NCBI GenBank assembly: GCA_963764695.1 | Contig: CAVXTW010000015.1 | Location: 413,845 to 477,844, forward strand | Reading direction: 5' to 3' | Source: an uncultured delta proteobacterium | Lineage (GTDB): Bacteria; Myxococcota_A; Polyangia; Haliangiales; Haliangiaceae | Length of the DNA stretch: 64,000 nt | In this document: in pieces, positions 49,393 to 61,528 of the stretch | Position numbering within the stretch: the stretch's first letter is position 1 | Layout: the number at the start of each line of letters is the position of its first letter | Program-made: the position numbers and the translations under genes | Notes under the pieces: model-generated | What the model was told of the DNA's origin: nothing | The model's database searches: none | Seen by the model: the letters and a program-made list of their open reading frames with translations, nothing else

Positions 49393-50653
49393 TGCTCGCC
49401 ACGAGATGACCGCGGGCGGCGCGGGCACATGCAAGGCTCCATTCACGGCGAATCGCGCGTTCGTTCTCGCGCAGCTGCTCAGCGACGGCGGCGACGACGC
49501 GGCCGTGCGAGCGTTGCGGAGCGACATCGCTGCGCTGCGCACATCGGGCACGGTCAGCCCGGGTGAACGCGTATTCCTCGACCACGCCGAGGGGCGCTTG
49601 CTCATTCATCGCGCGCCGGCCGAGGGCCGAACTCTTCTGCGTCGCGCCATCGAGTCCGCTGCCACTCTTCCCGAAGACCGTGAAGCGGAGAGGGCGCGTT
49701 CGTACAGCTACTCGGCTCTGATCGAGGAAGCCGCGTCGCGCGACGCCAACAGCGAGGCGCTCGCGCTCTTGGCCGAGAACCTCAACCTACCGGCGCCGGA
49801 GCGATGCGCTCTGGGCGCATCGATGGAGGACTCGGTAGTGTTCGTGGCGCGTGATGGGCATGGAGCCGTGATCGGTGCTCGCAGCGTGATGGCGCCCGGC
49901 GAGCCAGCCGGTGCACGTCCAGTGCCCGAGGAGATCCGGGCGGCCCTGGTCGGCTGCGAAACGGTCGACGTGTTCGCACGGCAGCCGTACTATGGTCGGC
50001 CCGAGCTTCTGCCACGTGACATGGCCTGGCAGTTCCGGACTGGAACTCCGGCCAAGGCAACCCCGAACACTTCGTCTGAGCCGGGCACGTCGGGACGGCA
50101 CGTGGTGGTGGCCAACATTATCCCGCCGCCCGGGCTCGAGCTCGCGCCGCTTCGCCCCGTAGTGGAGTCGCCAGGCACGACCCTCATCGAAGGCGCAGCG
50201 GCGACCCCCGAGCGGGTGATGGCCGCTGCGTCGGATGCGTCGTTCCTCGAGATCCACGCACATGGCCTGCTGGGCAGAGCAGAGTCGGACACCTCGATGC
50301 TCGTCCTCGCGCCCGACGTGAAGGGTCGCCATACGCTGCAGGGCGACGACATCCGGCGCGCGCGGCTGCGTGGCGCACCGGTGGTCGTCCTGGCGGCCTG
50401 CCATGCATCGGCCATCGGAGGATCCTTCCACTCGACGTGGGGCCTGGCCGACGCATTTGCCGAGGCGGGCGCAAGCGCGGTAATCGCCTCACCGGACGTG
50501 ATCCAGGACGTGAGCGCGCCGGCGTTCTTCACTGCGTTGCGTGGGCGCATCGCAGCCGGTCAGCTTCCGGCCGCGGCGTTGCGAGACGAGCGCATGGCTC
50601 CGCATGATCCGGACGAGCGGGCCTGGATCGATCGGCTCGTCGTCTTTCGCTGA
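49385..50653 (+). CDS. CHAT-domain (caspase-like peptidase) protein
   Basis: FLEIHAHGLLG ... VVVLAACHASAIG is the His/Cys dyad in CHAT spacing. The start overlaps the upstream stop by 8 nt. Confidence 0.7.
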   Translation: MDDARHEMTAGGAGTCKAPFTANRAFVLAQLLSDGGDDAAVRALRSDIAALRTSGTVSPGERVFLDHAEGRLLIHRAPAEGRTLLRRAIESAATLPEDREAERARSYSYSALIEEAASRDANSEALALLAENLNLPAPERCALGASMEDSVVFVARDGHGAVIGARSVMAPGEPAGARPVPEEIRAALVGCETVDVFARQPYYGRPELLPRDMAWQFRTGTPAKATPNTSSEPGTSGRHVVVANIIPPPGLELAPLRPVVESPGTTLIEGAAATPERVMAAASDASFLEIHAHGLLGRAESDTSMLVLAPDVKGRHTLQGDDIRRARLRGAPVVVLAACHASAIGGSFHSTWGLADAFAEAGASAVIASPDVIQDVSAPAFFTALRGRIAAGQLPAAALRDERMAPHDPDERAWIDRLVVFR

Positions 50654-50689
50654 GGTAGGTACGGGAACTGATGAGGGAGGAGGGTGCGA

Positions 50690-50926
50690 ATGGCCCACGG
50701 TGATGATTGTGCGCTGAGCAGAGAAAGCGCGTCCCCACGAGACCCCTGCCGAAGGTGTCACCTGGGGACAGTGGGATCAGATGGACTGTGTCCCTACGCG
50801 AACATTGGCGTAGGTCCGATTGGAGGTCCAAAGGGACTGGCCCTTCTGATCGCCGTGCAGGCGCAAGACCACCGGGATGCTGCCGACCACCTGGACGAAG
50901 TGCTGGAGATCATCAAAAGCTGCTGA
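50690..50926 (+). CDS. Small Cys-rich hypothetical protein (78 aa) in a GC-poor spacer
   Basis: Strong SD GGGAGGAGGG 6 nt before the ATG; translation MAHGDDCALSRESASPRDPCRRCHLGTVGSDGLCPYANIG...EIIKSC. GC3 is ~60%, well below neighbours. Confidence 0.3.
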   Translation: MAHGDDCALSRESASPRDPCRRCHLGTVGSDGLCPYANIGVGPIGGPKGLALLIAVQAQDHRDAADHLDEVLEIIKSC

Positions 50927-50995
50927 TCGTGCCGGCAACCTGTAGGGCAGCCGCTGGCTCGCGAAGAAGCGCCGGTACCGCCGTCTCTCCTGTGA

Positions 50996-52290
<1,295 letters not shown>

Positions 52291-52294
<4 letters not shown>

Positions 52295-52917
52295 GACGGG
52301 AGCGACCGGCCGGCGGCCGCGGTCCGCTGCTGGCGCAGGTCCCGCCCGGTGTCGTCACCGACCTGCTCGAGGCGCGGAGGCGCGGCGATCCGGTGGCGGA
52401 GAGCCAGCTCCTGCCGCTGGTCTACAGCGAGCTTCGGCGGCAGGCGGCCTGGTTCCTGCGCGGCGAGCGCCCCGATCACACTCTCGTGGCGACCGATCTG
52501 GTCCACGAGGTCTACCTGCGCATGACGGACCAGGCGGCGGCATACGAGAACCGCTCCCAGTTCTTCGCCCTGGCCGCGCGCATGATGCGTCGCGTGCTGG
52601 TCGACCACGCGCGAGCGCGCGCCGCGGCCAAGCGGCCGCAGCCCGGTCTGCAAGTCACGTTCGAGGAGAAGGAGCTGCCCGCCGCCGAGCCGCGGGCGTT
52701 CGAGCTGCTCGCCCTCGACGCGGCGCTGACCGAGCTCGCCGCCTTCGACCCGCGCCAGGCCCGCCTGGTCGAGCTGCGCTACTTCGGCGGCCTCACCTCG
52801 GCGGAGGTGGCCGAGGCGCTCGGCGTGTCGGCGACGACAATCAAGCGCGAGTGGAGCCTGGCCCGGGCCTGGCTGTATCGATTTCTCACCCAGCGGGACG
52901 CGACGAATCCGGGCTGA
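52291..52917 (+). CDS. ECF sigma factor of the kinase-associated type
   Basis: ATG overlaps the kinase stop (ATGA); LVATDLVHEVYLRM (region 2.2-like), C-terminal LTSAEVAEALGVSATTIKREWSLARAWL. Confidence 0.8.
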
Positions 52918-52927
52918 GGCGCGTCGA

Positions 52928-53917
52928 TCACTCGCGATAGCCGGCCGCGAAGTCCAGGACGCAGACCGTGCCGAATCGCTTGTGCGCCGCGCAGCCGACG
53001 CCGAAGACCCGGTACTCCGACTCGAGCAGGTTGACGCGGTGGCCGCGCCCGATGACGCCGTCGTCGATGAACAGACTCATCACCATCACCGCGGCGCCGC
53101 CCCAGCCGGTGCCGATGTTCTCGCCGGACAGCCCCACGACCCGGCCATGGCGCTCCATGCGCTGGAGCGGCTGGCTGCCGTCGCGCCCGTCGTGCTCGAC
53201 GGTGCCGGCGCGGCCAATCTCGATGGCGTGAGCGCGCGCCCCCCGCGACAGACCGGGCGAGAGCCGGAGCTCCGCCCGCGGCTTGGCGCGCCGCGCCGCC
53301 TTGATCGCCTCGTCGACCGCCCGCACCCCCTCGACCGTGAGGATCGGCGCGTCGACGCCGGGCAGGTAGAGGTAGTTCTCGTGGTAGTTGCGCCGGTGCC
53401 GCTCGAGCGTCCCGGCATAGCCGCGCGGGTCGCGGCGCAGCGTGTTGACCGCCGCCACCATGCCGGCCTCGAAAGGCGTGAGCCCCGCCCCTCGCCCTCC
53501 TCGATTCGCCGCCTGCGCGCCGACGCCCTCGTCCGAGCCCGGCCCGGCCGATCCTGTCCCTGGCCCTGCCCCCCTGCCCGATCCCGACTCCGGTCCGGAC
53601 TCCGAGCCCCACACTGACTCCAATCCGGGCCCCGCCCGCGATCCGTCCTCCGACCCCGACTCGGGCCCCGACCCATCGTCCGGCCCCGACCCATCGTCCG
53701 GCCCCGGTCCGTCGTCCGGCCCCGATCCATCGTCCGCCCCCGGTCCGTCGTCCGGCCCCGGTCCATCTTCCGGTCCCTCTGACTCCGGTCCCCACTCCTC
53801 CCCGCCCTCGCCGCCCTCCCCGTACGCCCCGGGCGGCCCGGAGTATCGCGGCTGCGCGGCCGGCGCCACACATCCTGCCGCTCCGACCAGCGCCGCGATC
53901 GTCCACAGACGGAACAT
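52928..53917 (-). CDS. CAP/SCP/PR-1-like domain lipoprotein with a Gly-Pro-Asp tandem-repeat linker
   Basis: MFRLWTIAALVGAAGC lipobox; repeats GPDDGPGPDDGSGPDDGS; C-terminal CAP domain (...GENIGTGWGG..., HRVNLLESEYRVFGVGCA). Confidence 0.75.
   Translation of the reverse strand: MFRLWTIAALVGAAGCVAPAAQPRYSGPPGAYGEGGEGGEEWGPESEGPEDGPGPDDGPGADDGSGPDDGPGPDDGSGPDDGSGPESGSEDGSRAGPGLESVWGSESGPESGSGRGAGPGTGSAGPGSDEGVGAQAANRGGRGAGLTPFEAGMVAAVNTLRRDPRGYAGTLERHRRNYHENYLYLPGVDAPILTVEGVRAVDEAIKAARRAKPRAELRLSPGLSRGARAHAIEIGRAGTVEHDGRDGSQPLQRMERHGRVVGLSGENIGTGWGGAAVMVMSLFIDDGVIGRGHRVNLLESEYRVFGVGCAAHKRFGTVCVLDFAAGYRE
53640..53790. repeat. Imperfect 18-bp tandem repeats (ccatcgtccggccccgac) encoding (GPDDGS)n inside the CAP-domain gene
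   Basis: At least 6 consecutive near-identical units are visible in the sequence. Confidence 0.6.
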
Positions 53918-53928
53918 CGTCCTCGATC

Positions 53929-54855
53929 CTACCGGTTCTTCCAGCGCGGGTCGGCCGGATTGGTGAGCGCCGCGCGCACCCGGCCGAGCGGCTTGTCCTG
54001 CCCTGCCGCGTACGCGCGCACCGCGCCGTCGCGGATGCCGGCCAGGTCGAGCCCCTGCGCGAAGCCGGTCACGGCACCCTCGAACGCATGCGCGCCGGCG
54101 AACAGCAGGCTGCGCGTGAACAGGAGCGGCACCCGCCGGGGGCCAGGCACCGCCGGGACCAGGTAGTCCTCGGTGATGCACGCCATCGCGATCGTCCCGC
54201 GGCGCGGCGCCCGGCCGCTCGGCTTCGGCCAGCGAAAGTCGCCCACGTCCATCCACCCGTTGTGCCCGACGAACGCGACCAGGCGCGCGCCGCCGCCTGC
54301 CAGAAGCTCGGTCCCGTCCGGCAGCTCGATGCGACGCACCTCACCGGCCGCAAACAGGTCAGCGGCGTAGGCGGCCATGGCGGAGCCTATCGACTCGCCG
54401 CGCCAGGCGTGCGCCACCACGTAGACCGGGAACCGCGCGCGTGCGCCGCGGGAGCGCAGTCGCCCCGACGGTGTCATCCACCGCCGCCACACGCGCAGCT
54501 CGAGCACGTCCGGCTGCGGATTCCGCACCCGCAGCACCTCGTTCCAGCCCGAGCCGCGCCGACCGAACCAGCCGCGAAAGCCGCCGCTGGTGGCCCAGTA
54601 GAGATTTCCGCCCGGGTCGTCGCCGTCGCCGAGCCGACCGCCCCCGCAGCGGAGCACGTCGTTGTCGCACAGCGGGACGTGGACCTGCACCACCAGCGGT
54701 CGCCCCGCGGCGATGTCGGCCGCCACGTCAGCCTGCAGATCCGCCAGCCACGCATCGGCATCCGCCGCGCTCTGGCCCCACGCGACACCTCGGCCACACA
54801 ACAAGGCCACCGCCGCAGCCATGAGCGCGGCGCCGCGCGAACGGACCCGTGGCAT
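53929..54855 (-). CDS. Secreted hypothetical protein
   Basis: Signal MAAAVALLCGRGVAWGQSAADADA; no family assignment. Confidence 0.45.
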   Translation of the reverse strand: MPRVRSRGAALMAAAVALLCGRGVAWGQSAADADAWLADLQADVAADIAAGRPLVVQVHVPLCDNDVLRCGGGRLGDGDDPGGNLYWATSGGFRGWFGRRGSGWNEVLRVRNPQPDVLELRVWRRWMTPSGRLRSRGARARFPVYVVAHAWRGESIGSAMAAYAADLFAAGEVRRIELPDGTELLAGGGARLVAFVGHNGWMDVGDFRWPKPSGRAPRRGTIAMACITEDYLVPAVPGPRRVPLLFTRSLLFAGAHAFEGAVTGFAQGLDLAGIRDGAVRAYAAGQDKPLGRVRAALTNPADPRWKNR

Positions 54856-54960
54856 CCGGGTTGTGACGCGCGGCGAGCGAAAAGGACTTCCGCCGACAGC
54901 CGACCACGCCAGCCCCGACCACGCGAGCCCGACGACCCGCGACCGAACAGCTCCCGGCAG

Positions 54961-56071
54961 CTAGCGCCGGGCGAACCGGAGCTCGATCGCCCCGACCTCG
55001 CTACCAGCCTCTGCACCAGCGCTCAGAAGCTCTCCGACATCCGCCGCCGGCAGTCCCCGGCCGCGCAGGTCCGATACCAGGTGGCCCGCTCCGTCGGCCG
55101 GCACCGCAAGCAGCAGCCCGCCGCTGGTCTGGGCATCGCAGGCCAGGAGCAGCGCGAGCTGTCCATCCGCATCCAGCTGATCGCGCCCGTGCAGCGACGG
55201 GGCGATGAAGTCGAGGTTCGACTTGCTGCCGGCCGGGACGAGGCCGGCAGCCGCGTGCTCGCGCGCCCCGGGAAGGATCGGCAGCGCGCCAAGATCGATC
55301 GCCGCCCTCAACCCCGAGCCGCGGAGGATGTTGCGCAGGTGACCGAGCAGGCCGAAGCCCGTCACATCGGTGCACGACGTCACACCGGCGCGGCGGCCCG
55401 CCTCGAGCGCACCCTGGTTGTGCGTCGTCATCGACAGCACTGCCGCGGCCGCCTCCTTCTCGGAAGCCACCTGCTTCTTGATCGCCTGGCCGACGATGCC
55501 GGTCCCCAGCGCCTTGCTCAGCACCAGCCGCTGACCGGCCCGCGCCGTCCGGTTCGAGAGGATCGCGTCCGGCGACACCTCGCCGGTCACCGACAGGCCG
55601 TACTTCACCTCGGCGTCGCGCACCGTGTGGCCCCCGACGATGGCGACTCCCGCCTCCGCGCAGGCCGCCGCGCCGCCGCGCAGGATCGCCTCCAGCACCG
55701 TGGACGGCAGCTTGTCGTCGGGGAAGAACACAAGGTTGAGCGCGTAGAGCGGCCGCCCGCCCATCGCGTAGACGTCGGAGATGGAGTTGGTGGCCGCGAT
55801 GCGCCCGAACGTCTCCGGGTCGTCCACCAGCGGCGCGATGACGTCCGCGGTCATGACCAGCGCGCGGTCGCCGCCGCTCAGACGCACGACCGCCGCGTCG
55901 TCCGCGAAGTCGGTAGAGACCAGGACGTTCGGATCACTGCCGGCGGAGCTTGTGATTCCGCCGGCATGCATCCGCTCCAGGACCTGGACCAGGTCCCCGA
56001 TGCGCAGCTTGGCGGCTCAACCACCTCCCCGCGCGTACTCGGTCAGGCGGACAGGAGCCTCGTGCGCAGTC
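54961..56071 (-). CDS. selD: Selenide, water dikinase SelD, encoded as a selenoprotein (in-frame TGA = Sec at 55997..55995)
   Basis: VRLTEYARGGG-TGA-AAKLRIGDLVQVL aligns with E. coli [25 protein letters not shown]. The downstream sequence is full-length SelD (...DFADDAAV...GGHTV...DVTGFGLLGHL). The ATG at 56071 is 2 nt out of frame with the Sec-containing frame. Confidence 0.75.
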
Positions 56072-56143
56072 GGCTGCTTCGACTTCGACATGCGGTGCAG
56101 CCTAGCAGAGCGCCAGACCGGACCGCATCGGCACAGCGAGGCG

Positions 56144-56413
56144 CTACTCGAGCTGACGCTGACGGCGCCGGCGAGTCAGGAGCACCAGGGCGGGAACCCA
56201 TCCGGCCGCGACCAGCGCCGCGAGACCGAGCGGGCTGAGGTCATCGGCCCCGTGCGAGCTCAGGCTGGTGTCGGATGACGCAACCAGAGCCGCCGCCGGA
56301 CGCCTGTCAGCCCCAGGTGAGGCGCTGGCATCGGAGGGGCGAAGAAAGAAGAGAGCAGAGAGGAGGAGCAGGGCGACAAGCGCCTTGCGTATCGGCATTA
56401 CGCTCACGAGCAT
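56144..56413 (-). CDS. Small exported protein with a C-terminal hydrophobic helix plus Arg cluster (sortase-substrate-like tail)
   Basis: Signal peptide MLVSVMPIRKALVALLLLSALFFLRPSDASA; C-terminal LGLAALVAAGWVPALVLLTRRRRQRQ. Codon usage is atypical (ttt, ctt, tct), so the call is tentative. Confidence 0.35.
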   Translation of the reverse strand: MLVSVMPIRKALVALLLLSALFFLRPSDASASPGADRRPAAALVASSDTSLSSHGADDLSPLGLAALVAAGWVPALVLLTRRRRQRQLE

Positions 56414-56620
56414 ACATCCGGGGCCTGTGGGTGGCCGAGAAAATCCCCAAATCCGATATTTTCATATATATTACCGCCTTGCGGGCGCATCGGGGGTCCG
56501 ACTGTAAGGCAACAAACGCTCCGCCATTGAATGGTCAACTGGGCCATTCGTTCTCGGGGGTTGCCCGAATGGATCGCCGCAATTTCGTGTGATATGGAGA
56601 ACTTCTCGGGAGGTCAATCC

Positions 56621-57118
56621 ATGCGAGGCATGAAGACTCTGGTGCTGGCACTCTCGCTTGTCGCCCTGGTGGGCGCGGCGTGCGGCGGCAAGAACAAGAA
56701 GCGGACCGCGGGCGGCGGCGACGGCGACACCGGCGAGAACTTCGACGGCTCGGGCTCCGGGTCGGGCAAGAAGAAGGGCAGCGGCAAGGATCCGTCGCTC
56801 CAGGACGTCATCTACTTCGCCTTCGACTCGTCGGACCTCGACGAGGAGTCGCGCAAGAAGCTGTCGGAGAACGCCGACTGGCTCAAGAAGGATCCGGCGC
56901 GCACCCTGACCATCGAGGGGCACACCGACGAGGTGGGGACCCCCGAGTACAACCTCGGTCTGGGCGAGCGGCGCGCGCGGTCAACCAAGGACTACCTGGT
57001 CCGCCTCGGCATCCAGGAGAAGCGGGTGTCGATCATCACGTACGGCGAAGAGCGACCGGCAGGCAGCGACGACAACAGGAATCGTCGCAGCATGTTCCTC
57101 GCCACCAAGAAGAAGTAG
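56621..57118 (+). CDS. pal: Peptidoglycan-associated lipoprotein (OmpA-family, Pal-like)
   Basis: MRGMKTLVLALSLVALVGAAC lipobox, Gly-rich linker, OmpA_C domain (IEGHTDEVGTPEYNLGLGERRARS). Confidence 0.8.
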   Translation: MRGMKTLVLALSLVALVGAACGGKNKKRTAGGGDGDTGENFDGSGSGSGKKKGSGKDPSLQDVIYFAFDSSDLDEESRKKLSENADWLKKDPARTLTIEGHTDEVGTPEYNLGLGERRARSTKDYLVRLGIQEKRVSIITYGEERPAGSDDNRNRRSMFLATKKK

Positions 57119-57142
57119 CCGCTCCGGGCGCCCGCCCGGCGC

Positions 57143-59482
<2,340 letters not shown>

Positions 59483-60872
59483 CCACGGCGCGGCGTCTGC
59501 CCAGCCAGAAGAGGAGCAGCTGGCCTCGCCGCTCATGCGCCCGGATCCGTTCGGGCCGCTGATCGTGATCGAGGCCATCGAGGTGGTCGGCAACACCTGG
59601 ACCGCCGAGGACCACATCCGGCGCGCGGTGCCGGTGCGCCCCGGCGAGAAGCTGCGCGCCGGCGACGAGCGACTGCGCGCGGCTCGCTTCAAGGTGCTGG
59701 CGCTGGGCTACTTCCGCGAGGTGGATCTGCGCCTGCGCAGGGGCAGCCGGCGCGGACACGTGGTGCTGACCGTGCGCGTGGTCGAGCGCGGCACCGTCGT
59801 GCTCAACCGCATGTTCTTCGGCAACACGCTCATCACGCCGTGGTGGGCAGGCCTCGACCTGACCGAGCGGAACTTCTTCGGCACCGGTGTCGGCGTGGGC
59901 GGCGCGTTCGTCGTCGCCGGCGAGGGGGATGCGACCGGCGCCGACGCGCAGAAGGCCTATCAGCTGCGCATCGAGGACTCGTCCGTGCTCGGCAGCACGT
60001 TCGGGGCGCACCTGTCGGGCTACTACGCCGACGCCAGCGAGCCGTACCGCGTGGCCGGGGCCACCGACGACGGGGCGGCGGCCAACTATGCGGCCTTCGA
60101 CTACCGACGCGCCGGCGGGCGGGCCGGCCTGACTGTCAATCTCGCGCCGCTCTCACGTCTGACCGGCATGGCCCGCTTCGAGAACGTCCACGCCGAGGTG
60201 CCGGCCGCGCCGACCCGGACGCTGACCGACGGAACCGAGGTGCCGGTCGACCTCCTGCTCGAGGACGGCGACAGCCGGGTGGCCACGCTGGGCCTCCTGT
60301 TCGAGCGCGACACGCGGCCCGACCCGATCCTGCCGTTCGCCGGCGACCACACGCTGGTGCTGGCCGAGGGCGGGGCCGGCTTTCTCGGCTCGAGCTACGA
60401 CTTCGCCACCGCCCTGGTCCGCCACGAGCGCTGGTGGTCCGTGCGGCCCGGCCACGTGCTGTCGCTGCACATGACCGGCGGCGCGGTGGTGGGCGACGCG
60501 CCGCTGTTCGAGCGGCTGCACGTCGGCGACATCGACCGCATGGTGTCGGCGCGCGCGCTCGGCCTGGTCGTGTCGACCACGCCGCCGTTCGATTTCTTCG
60601 ACACCGGCTCGGACGAGGTGACCTACGGCGAGGTGGCCGGGCTGGTCGAGGGGCAGTACGCGTACCGGCTGTTCCGCGGCAAGCGCGGCGTCTACGGCGG
60701 CGACCTGTTCGTCGGCGTCGGCCTGTGGACGCTGATGTCGACGCGCGACATCGGGGTCGACAAGCCGACCCTTCCGGTCAACCTCCTGCTCGACGCGGGC
60801 CTCCGCCTCGACACCGAGATCGGCATCTTCGAGCTGAGCCTGGCCAACGCGCTGGGCCGGGTTCCGCTGTAG

Positions 60873-61528
60873 TGCAGCTGGCGCGCGTCATCGCGCTCTG
60901 CGTCTGCATGGTGGTCGCGGTGCGGCCGGCCGCGGCCCAGAGCGACGACAGCGACATCGTGGTGCGGCGGATGGGCTTCGCCGAGCGCGGCCGGCATCTG
61001 GTGCTGACCACGTCGTTCACCGAGATCTTCGATCGCTCGGCGTTCGAGAAGATCTCGAGCGGCTTTCCGACCACGGTGGTGGTCCGGATCTACGTCTATC
61101 GCAAGGCGCGCACCGACGCGCCGGTGTCGCTCGCCTTGCTCGAGCTCGAGGTCGTCTATGATCTGTGGGACGAGGTGTACGTCGTGAGGTCGCGCGGGCC
61201 TCTGGGCGAGAAGCAGCTGCGCACGCGCAGCCGGGCCCAGGCGGTGCGGGTGCTGACCGAGCTGGATCACATGCCGATCGCGCCGCTCGACCGCCTGCCG
61301 GTCGGGCCGCATCATTTCATCGCCATGGTGGTGGAGCTCAACCCGGTCTCGCCCGAGCTTCTGGCCGAGATGCGGCGCTGGTTGAGCCGGCCGGCCGGCG
61401 AGACCTCGCTCGACTCGAGCTCGTCGTTCTTCGGCTCGTTCGTGTCGGTGTTCGTCAACCCGAAGCTGGAACAGGCCGACCGGACGCTGCGCATCCGCTC
61501 GCAGGCCTTCTACCGGGCGCCGCGATGA
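60873..61528 (+). CDS. DUF4390-like periplasmic protein (sensor-kinase-associated)
   Basis: GTG start immediately after the upstream TAG; signal VIALCVCMVVAVRPAAAQ. It is translationally coupled to the downstream histidine kinase (ATGA). Confidence 0.5.
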
